From Candidatus Heimdallarchaeum endolithica (lineage in GTDB: Archaea; Asgardarchaeota; Heimdallarchaeia; Heimdallarchaeales; Heimdallarchaeaceae), in the NCBI GenBank assembly GCA_021513715.1, contig CP084167.1, forward strand, positions 288,001 through 352,000: DNA of 64,000 nt. Direction: 5' to 3'. Below, piece after piece: positions 29,980 through 40,309 of the stretch (position 1 is its first letter; every line of letters starts with the position of its first letter). The notes under the pieces were generated by a model. It worked only from the letters and a program-made list of their open reading frames with translations, did not search any database and was not told the DNA's origin. Made by a program: the position numbers and the translations under genes.

Positions 29980-30345
29980 TTAAACCCACTCAACACCCAT
30001 ATTTCGCAAGCTATCCTCTATAGCCTTTAGCATTGTATAATCCTCTTTATATTCTTCAATAGCTTCGTTTAACAGCTTTGACATTTCTTTTATTTTTTCT
30101 AGATCAGACTTGGTTTTTTCTAATCTATATTTGACTTCAGCAAATTTCATAATCTCATAAAAAAATGTTTGAAAGTCAATTTCCATAGTTTCAGCATATT
30201 CTTCTTTCCAATGCTTAAAGAGGATATTTACCATAAGCTCATAACCTTTAAGCAACTCTTTAGGTTCAATTTTCTTGTTTTCTGCTGCGCGAATCACTCT
30301 TCTACTTTGATTCACAGAAAAAGTGAGTTTTTTAATATTGTTCAT
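29980..30345 (-). CDS. Hypothetical helical protein
   Basis: 121-aa ORF; stop directly abuts the next ATG. Confidence 0.6.
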   Translation of the reverse strand: MNNIKKLTFSVNQSRRVIRAAENKKIEPKELLKGYELMVNILFKHWKEEYAETMEIDFQTFFYEIMKFAEVKYRLEKTKSDLEKIKEMSKLLNEAIEEYKEDYTMLKAIEDSLRNMGVEWV

Positions 30346-30416
30346 CCTTAAAATAATTCAAACTTCAAGCTTATAATCATTTTCCAAAAAAGAGAAAGAA
30401 AAAAATATCTTTTTCC

Positions 30417-31391
30417 TTACAAGTAGTCATCAAACATCCAGTAATGTTCTTCTTCTTCCATCAATATTTCTTCAAACATCTTCTTTGTAGTAATGTCTCC
30501 TTTTTTAGTTGCTTCAGTAATAATTTTACGATAAAGAACAATTGCTTCATCTTCAGCTTGGTGGCCAAGTTTCAAGATCTCTTCTACACTTTCACCAACT
30601 TTGGGTAAAGGATCAGGGTCTAATGTACATTCTCCATCCAACATGTATATTCTTTCAGCGATTTTCTCATAATGGTCCATCTCTTGCATAAAGATTTTCT
30701 TTAACATGTCGCTAATAACTTGTGCTTTGTTTGAATTAGTAATTACTTCTAAAGGCGTTTCTTTTTTTCTAAAATTGATCGCACTTGCTTTTTCATGTTG
30801 TGTAATGTACTGAATGATAGCAGATAATTCAGAGGCTAAAGCTTTATTTAGAAGAGCAAAGTAATCATTGTCAAAAACTTCTCTCCATTCAGATTTAGGT
30901 GCTGTTTCTTCAGGTTCACTAATATTTATCGTTAAATATTCTTGAAATGTATAAAGATGTTCTTCTTCTTCTCTATATATTTTTCTAAAAAGTTCTTTAG
31001 TGTCATAATCGCCAAACTTACCTGCTTCGCGGATTATTTCACGATATAATTCTAGAGCTTCTTCTTCAGCTTCAAAACCATATTGCATAAATTCTTGCAT
31101 ATTTTCGCCTATTTTAGGCTTAAAAGCTTTTGTTGTTGCTTCTCCTCCTAAATAATAAATTCTTTCAACAATTGCTCCTGCATGTTTCATTTCTTCTATT
31201 GCTAGCTTCTTTAAAATCTGACCTATCTGGTCATATGTTGTAGGATCTAGTAAAATATTTTCAGCTTTAACTTTTCTCATTATTTTTTCAATTTTAGCGT
31301 GCTGTAGAAAATATTGAACAGACACTTGTAATTCTCTTGCTACTGCTTTATTCAGCAGTTCTATATATTCTGAGGTTATTTTTACGCTCAT
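30417..31391 (-). CDS. Tandem two-domain ferritin/bacterioferritin-like protein
   Basis: Two copies of LNKAxAxEL..QY..QH / ExxH..ERIYxLxG / E.EA..LY / EEEH. Confidence 0.85.
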   Translation of the reverse strand: MSVKITSEYIELLNKAVARELQVSVQYFLQHAKIEKIMRKVKAENILLDPTTYDQIGQILKKLAIEEMKHAGAIVERIYYLGGEATTKAFKPKIGENMQEFMQYGFEAEEEALELYREIIREAGKFGDYDTKELFRKIYREEEEHLYTFQEYLTINISEPEETAPKSEWREVFDNDYFALLNKALASELSAIIQYITQHEKASAINFRKKETPLEVITNSNKAQVISDMLKKIFMQEMDHYEKIAERIYMLDGECTLDPDPLPKVGESVEEILKLGHQAEDEAIVLYRKIITEATKKGDITTKKMFEEILMEEEEHYWMFDDYL

Positions 31392-31442
31392 AGCTTAGAA
31401 TTGGATTTATAAAATAAAAGGTTTTTTCATTAACAAGAAAGC

Positions 31443-32120
31443 TTAGTATGCAAGGTAGTTAAAAATAATCCTCAAAGGTTCAGTATATGTTTCTTTCTTA
31501 AGGTTTGAAGTTTCATAAATAAGCAATTTTTCATCAAGAATACTTGAATAAACAATTTGTTCAGCTATACTTTTTCCTAAATACACACCCTTTTCCTTTA
31601 AATCAGATTTATTGATGAATATAATAATTGGTATTTTCTTCTTTGAGAGATTTTCTTCAATTTTAACAAGAGAAATATAGTGAACAACTTTTTCTAAACT
31701 CGAAATATTTGTTCCATCTGCCATTATAATAACTAGATTCGCTCCTCTAACAGCTATCTCTTGCATAAAATCAAATCTTTCTTGTCCTGCAGGATCATTA
31801 AAAACTACTTGATAAATTTCCTCAACATTTTCAAAATCTATATTATCTCTATTTTCAAACTTTTCTAACCCTAATTGATTAAATGTAGTTAAATAAAGTA
31901 ATGAATTAATGACATTCAAACTTATAGTAGTTGTACTTTCCTTGAAAGCATTATTTTTCAAAGGAATGAAATCACAATTAGAACTTTTTTCTTTGCTTAA
32001 ATCCCTTTTAACATCATTTTTCTTAAAATCACCAAATAAAGCTTCTAAGAAAGTTGTTTTTCCACTACCTGTTGTCCCTAGTATTGTTATTTTTTTCATC
32101 TGAGTAGGTACCATCAACAT
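31443..32120 (-). CDS. Ras-superfamily small GTPase (Rab/Arf-like)
   Basis: G1 GTTGSGKTT, G3 DPAGQERF, G4 NKSD, G5 ETS. Start may be the ATG at 32099 (MKKIT). Confidence 0.85.
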   Translation of the reverse strand: MLMVPTQMKKITILGTTGSGKTTFLEALFGDFKKNDVKRDLSKEKSSNCDFIPLKNNAFKESTTTISLNVINSLLYLTTFNQLGLEKFENRDNIDFENVEEIYQVVFNDPAGQERFDFMQEIAVRGANLVIIMADGTNISSLEKVVHYISLVKIEENLSKKKIPIIIFINKSDLKEKGVYLGKSIAEQIVYSSILDEKLLIYETSNLKKETYTEPLRIIFNYLAY

Positions 32121-32311
32121 TCTTAAACCCCCAAGTTAGAGACCTTTTAGTGGTCTATCACTCTAACTATCGTATGGCTTTTTATAAGATAATTGGTAAT
32201 TCTATCAGCAAAAATGAAGAAAATGAATAATTAGCCGACAAAAACAAAGAAAAACGAATTTATAAAAATTTAAATTTTTAATTTTAAAAAATAAAAAAAA
32301 GAAAAAATTGG

Positions 32312-35300
32312 TTAAATTTTATTTTTTCTAAAGACTACAGTGATTATAGTCACCATCACACTCATCATTATTATAATTGGTGCGCTTAATCTTGTTAGTC
32401 TCTCTGCTGATATGCCAATATGCTCTTCTACTGAAGAAGCACCAGAAGAGGATATTTCTATTCCTCTGCTATAAAATGAAGTTCCATCGAAGAATGCAAT
32501 TGAGTCATATGCAGAGTCAGAAGAAGACCAAGTTCCTACCCAAAGAACTTGTTTCATAAAAGTACTTGTAGCATATAAGACTTCAGCAGTTGTTCCGTTG
32601 ATATAGAATGTTCTATGGTAATCTGTAACTTGTAAGAAGCTTCCTAAAGCTTCATCGTTTACTACATGAAGATATTTAGCAACAAAAGAATTATGTCTGT
32701 GATACCATAATTTATAGCTACCAACATCATCAAAAGCATAAATACCTGTTCCTTTTTGTGAAACAAATACCTTTGCATGCTCAGGGTTAGTTGAGCTTTC
32801 AAAATATCCTACAGCGATAGATAAAATGTCATTGTCATTTACTAAAGTATAATGCCATTTTTCAAAAGCAATATTAAGGTCATAACAGAAGAACGCTTCA
32901 CCAAACTGATAATAAACAAATTTGAAACCCAATCCTTTCTTCAGTTCTCCTAAAGCAGTGAAACCTGCAGGGCCATCTTCTACAATTTTATCAAACAATA
33001 GTCCTTTTAGATCATAAGCATAGATGTACGCATCAAAGCTTGTAACTACAAAAAGTAATCCATCTTCATAGGTTGATGTATCAAGTAATTTACCAGCATT
33101 TATTTGATCTGGTCTATGAGAACCTTGGTAAATGGGTGAGAATAACTCTTCTCCTTTGTAAGTCCATGCTCCTACATACCATGCTTTCTTTGTAAAGTCA
33201 TAGAAACCTAAGAAGAACACATCGTCATCGATATCCAAGTAAGCATAGGAAGCGATATCACCTACGTAGCTTGACATATCTAGTATTTCTGTATAAGCCA
33301 TATCTCTCAGGTCTAGCCTTCCAACTTTATATTCAGAAGTAACTATATAGATTGTATCATAATTAGCTGAATCAGATAAATTAGCTTTGAAAGCATAAAG
33401 AACACTCCCATTAGTAGGAATAGTATATTCTTCAATATATTCACCTTTGATTGGATTATAGATGAACGATTCATTTCCATTTTGTATATAGAATATTTCT
33501 ACATACTCATCATCGTTTAGATTATCATAAATAATGGTATCAGGGTTAATATTCTTTCCTGCTTTAAGCATTTGGTCAAAAGGTAATTTAGTTATAACAT
33601 CATGCTCATAAATTTGTTCTGTTTCGTTTATTTGAACAAGATAAATTTTTTCGGCATCATTGTCTGCAGCTAAGACTGCAGGTTTTGAATCAACTGTTGT
33701 TGGTACTAATGCATTATCGTATAAGAATCCACTATTTGTGTCGTAGTAGTAACCTAAAAATCCACCATTCTTTACATTTAAGAAAATTATTCCCTGATAA
33801 TCTGTTCTAGAGTTAGCTAAATAGAGAATTGGAACTTCTCCTTCTGTTTCACTAACTTCCAAGTCATAGATATTCTGGCTAGGTATATTACTCCAAGTCA
33901 CATTTCCATCTTTTCCATCAAGAGCTGTAACTTTATAATTTTGTCCTGAAGAAGTAATTAAGTCCTTTATTCCATCATCATTTATGTCAAATACTACTGC
34001 ATCCCAAGAATAAGCATAATTGTAAGCTTTCCAATATTCTGTTCCATTAGCATCGAGCAATTTTACTCCTTGACCATAGGCATATATTTCTGAATCTCCA
34101 TCTCCGTTAATATCATCCACTATTAGTCTTGCGCCCCATGCTCCTCCAGCATAGTAAGAGTTAACTTCCCACAATTGATCTGATGTAGATGAAGAGAGAT
34201 TATAAGCAGTTATTTTTCCGTGTAATATCCAAATGAAGCCCATATACTCTATCCAATGATAAGAAACTATGAGATAATCTTCACCTTGTTCATGAGCTAC
34301 TTCTATTTCTTGAACATATCTTTCAGTGTCGTAAGTTATATCCTCTAGAAGAGAACCATTATAGCCATCAAAGAGATAAATGTGTCCTTTTGTGTCTCCT
34401 AAAATAGCAATATCCATTGTATTGTCTTTGGTATAGTTAAGCATTGTTGCTGTTGGAACTAATACATAACTTCCCTCACCTAAAACGATAGAAGATATTA
34501 CATTTCCAGTTTTCTTATCAATCCACAAGGTTGTACCATTACTATTTACGAAAATTATTGCACTACTGCCCTGATAGATTGATTCTTCAACGTACCAATT
34601 GGGAGAAGCTGAACTATCTTCTAAAGTCCAAAGTGTTGTAAGGTTATTTAAAACAGCATACATTTTTCCACTATCATAGTAAGCAATTATATCATTTGTT
34701 CCATCATCATTTAGATCAGTTTTTATTCTTGTTAGAACATCACCTGCTCCAGTTAAACTTACAGTAGTTGTCTGAAGTTTGTGTATATCTGCTTTAGGCA
34801 GATGTATATTTACAACATCATAAACATAAATATCCTCTCCTTGAACACTGTAAATTAACTCTTGAAAACCGTTACCATTTGTATCAAACATTGTAACATC
34901 AGATACTGGATTATCATGTTCTGGACTATACCATTTACTTGTGTACAATCGTTTTTGATTCCTTGTGTTTAACAACTCAAACATTTCTGCTCTATTACCA
35001 TCAGCAACCATAACCTCTTGTCTACCATCTCCGTCAGAGTCTCCAACAGCAAGATCTGTTACAGTATTTAATCCTACAAAACTTGTAAAGTTTAAAGGAT
35101 ATACTTGACTTATATAGTCGTTATAATAATATATATAGAAGAATGGGAAAATATAGTGTACGATAGTTGCATCAAATTTTGTTAGTAAAATAAATCTACC
35201 ATCATAAGTTGGAGCAACTTTTGGAGCTCTAAAACCTAGATCATATACGCCCCAACCAGTAGTAAATCCTTCTATTCTTGGATATGGGTTTGATTTAGTT

Positions 35301-38300
35301 GGTGGAATAATGTACTCTGGATACTCTGCAAGGATATCTGGGTCAGACCAATGTATTCCATCATCAGAAGCCATTCCATAGGATAAAGTCATTGCTTTTT
35401 GTAGTCCAGATGAATCAAATGTTAGAAGTCTAGAAAAAGCATCATTGTGAACAAAAGTTATACTTGGGGTATGTTCTACAGAAAATGATGTAAATAGCTT
35501 TCTTGGTTCAAGGATCAACCCATAAGTTGAATTGAATTCACAGTACCATATATCATAATCATCTTTATCTTCAACATACTTCTTTGCACTAAAAGCAGCC
35601 GCATATACTCCACTATTATCAGGTTTCGAATCAACATCAACTCCATTAAACATGAAGTCATCAAAACCTTCGATTTTTGTTTGAGGTATTACTGTTCCAT
35701 TGTCAAATAGTCCTCCGTAGTATAATTCTGAATAAGTGTTATTTGGTCTAAAAATATACACCAAACCTATTGAATTAGGTCCTGTTGGGAATATTGCAGG
35801 AGAGTAAATAGGATTTTTTGAACCTTCTTCGATATATTCTGATACTAGTACTTTTGCAGGTACCCAATTAGCTCCGTAGTCATCAGACCTATACAAAACA
35901 ACACCAAACATTGAGCCTAAACCTACGCTATAAAGCTTACAAGAGACCGCTAACCAAAGAGAGAAGTTACTTGTCTGTGTAAGAGAGGGGAAGAATAAAC
36001 TTATGTATCCTCCAGAATACCAATAAGCAATAAGTTTGCTCGATAACCAATTTTCTCCATCATGGCTTACTTTTTGGTATATTGCATATGCACTCATGGT
36101 ATCATTATACTCACTAAAAACAGAAATGAATGAATGGTTATTTGAACCACCGCTATAAACTATCTGTCTAACATCGTGAGATCTCTGTTTTCTATAATCA
36201 TAGTCTCCGTTGTAGCTATTTTTTCCAAATAGTGAATGAGCTTCCATTTGTGGATAATTCATGTGACCTGTAATTAGACCCTCTTGAGTGAAACTAGTTG
36301 TTGCTCCTCCATCAAATTCGTAAATACTTACACCTTTACTTCCGCCGATGATTAATTCTTTTAGTCCATCATAGTCTTGATCAGTTATTTGTAAGTCTGT
36401 GATTATGTTTTTACTTACTAACTCAGTGGGTCCCTGCCAGATTATTTTATACCCTAGATCAACACTTTCAATCATCACTATAAATCCTTCCTCATAATCA
36501 AGAAGGTCAACGTCTACAGAACCGTAAATGAAAAGTTCTTCTTTTCCATTTTCATTAATGTCAGAACATAACATTCCATTTATTGTAATGTTATCAAACA
36601 CTCTAGCATTCCCTAAAATGTTATAGTGTCCTGTTTCAGGGTCATCAGATGCTACATTACCAAACAGTTCATAGAGTGTTCCAGAGTAAGGTTCATAAAC
36701 AAACACTTGTCTTTCAAAAGCTATAATAAACTCTCCATAACCATCTAAATCTAAATCTTTTGCCCATGTTAAACCAGAAGGTGTAAGTAATCCATTTTCT
36801 TTTAGGTATTCTCCTGCTGGACTTCGTAGAACATCCAATCTATACATGTAAGAGTATGTATCATCTATTCCTGTATCTTCAAAAACATACAGAACTGTTC
36901 CTGCAAGAGCAGCTAACTCAAGATAACCGTCTCCATCGCTATCTGCATTCACAAGTAAGTAACTCACATGGTTCCAAATTGTTTGATTAAACTCTCCTTC
37001 ATATCCTCCAAATTTATCCCAGCTATAAGGTGTTTCATCAGTTGGAACATACTGAAGCATATCGGGAGACCTGAATGCACGTTTGTAAGTATTATTGGTC
37101 ATATGTTCAAAGATGTATACATTACTGTCATAGTCACCTACTATAATTTCTCCTTTTCCATCTTGGTCTAAATCTCCAGAATCTACAGTCAAAGTCCAGT
37201 TATAGAGATCTATTGCTGTTGTCCAGCTTACTATAGCTCTAAAACCAAAATTCCTCCACTTAAACAAAGTTCCATAATCTTCAGATTTGAAGGTGTTTAC
37301 TTCGATTCTAGAAACTGTAGGATTAGAAGCTACCATGAAACTAGTTTGAATTTGATTTGATATGTAGAAATAGACAAAATCTCCATTTCTATCATCAATC
37401 ATTATATATCCATAGTACTTGTTATAGTAGTTCTTTCCTGTATAGTGCTCCAATAATAGAGTAGTGTACTCATCATATTCGGAATACTTTATCCACAAAG
37501 GTCTAGTAAAGTTATAGACATTTATAGTTGCTTCTTCATCAAAATTGTTAACTAATTCTTTCCTTTCTTCCCATTTAGGAGCAAGAGCTGTTCCGTAATT
37601 ATCAAAATAAGTTGCTCCTACTCTATTTGAATAGCCTATCGATAAGTCATAAATTCCGTCCATTTCAAACTCTACGAACTGGGGATGAAGGAATTGCCTT
37701 CTCCTTTTAACTTCGTTAATATCTTTAAAGTAATCAGAATCTAGAACATATTCAGGGTCTTCTGGAGTTCCAGTATTCCAAAGGAGATAAAGATTCTCGA
37801 TGCACACAACAATGTCAACATCTCCATCTCCATCAATATCTTCACCTTCTGCTGAAGGAACTGATTGTGCGCTTTTTAGTATCTCACGAAGTTGGCCTGT
37901 CGCTTCCAATCTATAAAGAGAATCATATTTCTCATATGTTGAAGATTCTTGCCTCCAAATAATAATATCTGCGGGAAGAACACTTGTAGTATCATCTTCA
38001 AAGTCATCGTACTGATTAGAAAGAGTTGGGTCGAAATGACCAATGAGTAGTTCTTCTTGAGGATAGTTTGTATCTATTTCTACTGCTCCTATCGATATAT
38101 TTCCTGTATAAGTTGCATATCCATTAATGGAAGAGAAATATTGAGTTGTTTGCGCAGCATCATAGTTAAAGTCATTGTCAAAATAATAAACATCACCATC
38201 ACCTGCTGTTATCGCAAATTCACCAGTAACAGGTGAATCTCCATCAATATTGAGCAGAGTATAATCAAATACCACTTGAGAAATTTGGCTTCCAGGTGAT

Positions 38301-40309
38301 GGATTATATCTCATTTTGTAATCAGTACCTAAATCAGTATATCCATAAATCATGGGCATAGAGCCTAGATTCTTAACTTGCTCGATATCCCAGATATTTA
38401 TTCCAACAGTAAATCTGTCATCAACCCAACTATCCCAAGATAAAACAAATGAGTCTGAACTTACATCATACTTGAAAGCTACAAGACGACCATCTACTGT
38501 TCCTAGAATTGCATGAATGACTTCTTCATTGGTGTCTCTGCTAGTCATTAAAGTTCCTACTTCTGCGCTTAAAGCTGTTGAAACTGTTTGGTAAACGTAA
38601 GGTAACTCAATAGATTGCAAGTTATAATCTTTAGTAGAATTAGATATTACTGTTACATTAATATATCTGAAATAATTCCATTTATTTTCTATTAAAATTG
38701 GGTCAACATTAATTCTGAGATATTTTGTTTCTGAAGCAACATTAAATGAGTTAATAAGTGATGGATCAACAGTTACCCAATGTTCATAGTCTGGAGAGAT
38801 AGAAATGATAAAATCATCTTTAGTTATATAATCAAATAGTGATGTATTGAATTTTAGTAATATATCTGCAGCATCATTTCCATTCCCTGTTCCTTCTTCA
38901 TCTGCTCCAAAATCGTACACTTCCCACGCAGAGTGAGTAATATTAGATTCAAAATGAGTGTAACAAGTATCGTTATCTTGCGCAGCACCAGTATTATAAG
39001 GATAGTTGCCTTTAATAAAAGCAGGATTACTTTGCAAAATGGGTTCTTCAACAGTTGTTCCTAGATAATTTATTATATCTTGGAAGTAAACATTTTGTCC
39101 TTCAGTTCCATTGTCTACAAAATGATCAGCAGGATAAAAGTCTTTCAAAGTCCAAGATTCAAAATCTTTTATCAGTTTCTGTAAATAATAGCCTTTATAA
39201 TCATCATACCTTAGAATGTATCCATTAAAAGCAAAGGAAGCTATTACTACTTCATCTCCTGGAGAGTTATCTAGATTACCTATATCCATAGAGTAAATTG
39301 GTCTCCAAATTGACTCATTATCAGCATAAATTAATTTGTAACTATTATCTTGGGCAAGAGGATAAGGTTGTCCTTGGATATCTAAAATAGTTCCATTATT
39401 TTCGAAAACTAGAATAGCTCCTTCTCTCGTTCCCACAACAAAGTCTGGAAGACCATTATAGTTTGTATCTCCAACAACTAAAGAAGACAAATGATAACCT
39501 GTATCATGACTTTGCCATTTTTCTCTATATGTAATCCAATGTTCTGAATTGAATGGATATCCAGAGTGTAACCAATATTCATAAACATGTACTTTGTGAT
39601 CCCAACTTACGACAATTATATCGTCTAGATGATCTAAATCTGTATCATTAACTTCTACACCCCACACTTGACCTAAATAAGGACTAGTATATACAAGATC
39701 AAATCTATTTTCTGTATTTGTTACTGGATCATAAATGTGTTCTTGTTCAAATACGTAGAAATACCCATCAGAAGAACTTGCAATAATTTCTAAGAAATCG
39801 TTATTATCAGTATCTCCAAAATCAACATCTATTACATCTCCTTTAATTTCTGTATCTCCACTCACCCAAACTTTTGCATATTGGTTAATATCTGGATTCC
39901 ATCGATAAACTTGAACTTCATTGTCAAAGAGATAACCTCCTCCTACTGCCATAAATTCATAATCATCAGAAATAGTTATACATCTAACAGCAGCCTGAGA
40001 TTTCCATGGTTGATATGTTTGTTGATATTCATTGGGATTATCAGCCAATAATCTGCTTAAATCCAAATCAGGATCAATTATTTGCTGATCAACTGAAGCA
40101 AGGTTAGCACCATTATTTTCTCCATAAACTTGTTGCATCAGTTGTTTAGCATCTTCTAAACTTATAGTATCTGGTAAAGAATGGGTAGAATTGTTTTCAG
40201 CGTTAGTAAACGATGAATTTGGTATCCCTACTAGTAGAGAACTAATCATTATAGCTAATAAAGAAAGGAGTAATCCTTTCTTCCAAATTATATTACTTTT
40301 TTTGTGCAT
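32312..40309 (-). CDS. 2665-aa membrane-anchored FG-GAP/VCBS-like multi-beta-propeller surface protein
   Basis: Signal peptide, ~15 GDxDxDG..(E/D)II-type motifs, three Asp-boxes (SHDGENW, SDDYGANW, SDDGIHW), PQQ-like blades, C-terminal TM. Confidence 0.8.
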   Translation of the reverse strand: MHKKSNIIWKKGLLLSLLAIMISSLLVGIPNSSFTNAENNSTHSLPDTISLEDAKQLMQQVYGENNGANLASVDQQIIDPDLDLSRLLADNPNEYQQTYQPWKSQAAVRCITISDDYEFMAVGGGYLFDNEVQVYRWNPDINQYAKVWVSGDTEIKGDVIDVDFGDTDNNDFLEIIASSSDGYFYVFEQEHIYDPVTNTENRFDLVYTSPYLGQVWGVEVNDTDLDHLDDIIVVSWDHKVHVYEYWLHSGYPFNSEHWITYREKWQSHDTGYHLSSLVVGDTNYNGLPDFVVGTREGAILVFENNGTILDIQGQPYPLAQDNSYKLIYADNESIWRPIYSMDIGNLDNSPGDEVVIASFAFNGYILRYDDYKGYYLQKLIKDFESWTLKDFYPADHFVDNGTEGQNVYFQDIINYLGTTVEEPILQSNPAFIKGNYPYNTGAAQDNDTCYTHFESNITHSAWEVYDFGADEEGTGNGNDAADILLKFNTSLFDYITKDDFIISISPDYEHWVTVDPSLINSFNVASETKYLRINVDPILIENKWNYFRYINVTVISNSTKDYNLQSIELPYVYQTVSTALSAEVGTLMTSRDTNEEVIHAILGTVDGRLVAFKYDVSSDSFVLSWDSWVDDRFTVGINIWDIEQVKNLGSMPMIYGYTDLGTDYKMRYNPSPGSQISQVVFDYTLLNIDGDSPVTGEFAITAGDGDVYYFDNDFNYDAAQTTQYFSSINGYATYTGNISIGAVEIDTNYPQEELLIGHFDPTLSNQYDDFEDDTTSVLPADIIIWRQESSTYEKYDSLYRLEATGQLREILKSAQSVPSAEGEDIDGDGDVDIVVCIENLYLLWNTGTPEDPEYVLDSDYFKDINEVKRRRQFLHPQFVEFEMDGIYDLSIGYSNRVGATYFDNYGTALAPKWEERKELVNNFDEEATINVYNFTRPLWIKYSEYDEYTTLLLEHYTGKNYYNKYYGYIMIDDRNGDFVYFYISNQIQTSFMVASNPTVSRIEVNTFKSEDYGTLFKWRNFGFRAIVSWTTAIDLYNWTLTVDSGDLDQDGKGEIIVGDYDSNVYIFEHMTNNTYKRAFRSPDMLQYVPTDETPYSWDKFGGYEGEFNQTIWNHVSYLLVNADSDGDGYLELAALAGTVLYVFEDTGIDDTYSYMYRLDVLRSPAGEYLKENGLLTPSGLTWAKDLDLDGYGEFIIAFERQVFVYEPYSGTLYELFGNVASDDPETGHYNILGNARVFDNITINGMLCSDINENGKEELFIYGSVDVDLLDYEEGFIVMIESVDLGYKIIWQGPTELVSKNIITDLQITDQDYDGLKELIIGGSKGVSIYEFDGGATTSFTQEGLITGHMNYPQMEAHSLFGKNSYNGDYDYRKQRSHDVRQIVYSGGSNNHSFISVFSEYNDTMSAYAIYQKVSHDGENWLSSKLIAYWYSGGYISLFFPSLTQTSNFSLWLAVSCKLYSVGLGSMFGVVLYRSDDYGANWVPAKVLVSEYIEEGSKNPIYSPAIFPTGPNSIGLVYIFRPNNTYSELYYGGLFDNGTVIPQTKIEGFDDFMFNGVDVDSKPDNSGVYAAAFSAKKYVEDKDDYDIWYCEFNSTYGLILEPRKLFTSFSVEHTPSITFVHNDAFSRLLTFDSSGLQKAMTLSYGMASDDGIHWSDPDILAEYPEYIIPPTKSNPYPRIEGFTTGWGVYDLGFRAPKVAPTYDGRFILLTKFDATIVHYIFPFFYIYYYNDYISQVYPLNFTSFVGLNTVTDLAVGDSDGDGRQEVMVADGNRAEMFELLNTRNQKRLYTSKWYSPEHDNPVSDVTMFDTNGNGFQELIYSVQGEDIYVYDVVNIHLPKADIHKLQTTTVSLTGAGDVLTRIKTDLNDDGTNDIIAYYDSGKMYAVLNNLTTLWTLEDSSASPNWYVEESIYQGSSAIIFVNSNGTTLWIDKKTGNVISSIVLGEGSYVLVPTATMLNYTKDNTMDIAILGDTKGHIYLFDGYNGSLLEDITYDTERYVQEIEVAHEQGEDYLIVSYHWIEYMGFIWILHGKITAYNLSSSTSDQLWEVNSYYAGGAWGARLIVDDINGDGDSEIYAYGQGVKLLDANGTEYWKAYNYAYSWDAVVFDINDDGIKDLITSSGQNYKVTALDGKDGNVTWSNIPSQNIYDLEVSETEGEVPILYLANSRTDYQGIIFLNVKNGGFLGYYYDTNSGFLYDNALVPTTVDSKPAVLAADNDAEKIYLVQINETEQIYEHDVITKLPFDQMLKAGKNINPDTIIYDNLNDDEYVEIFYIQNGNESFIYNPIKGEYIEEYTIPTNGSVLYAFKANLSDSANYDTIYIVTSEYKVGRLDLRDMAYTEILDMSSYVGDIASYAYLDIDDDVFFLGFYDFTKKAWYVGAWTYKGEELFSPIYQGSHRPDQINAGKLLDTSTYEDGLLFVVTSFDAYIYAYDLKGLLFDKIVEDGPAGFTALGELKKGLGFKFVYYQFGEAFFCYDLNIAFEKWHYTLVNDNDILSIAVGYFESSTNPEHAKVFVSQKGTGIYAFDDVGSYKLWYHRHNSFVAKYLHVVNDEALGSFLQVTDYHRTFYINGTTAEVLYATSTFMKQVLWVGTWSSSDSAYDSIAFFDGTSFYSRGIEISSSGASSVEEHIGISAERLTRLSAPIIIMMSVMVTIITVVFRKNKI

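Noticed and set aside
28728-30345. Provirus or integrative element around the recombinase
   Set aside because: No capsid, replication or conjugation genes, tRNA target or att repeats were recognised.
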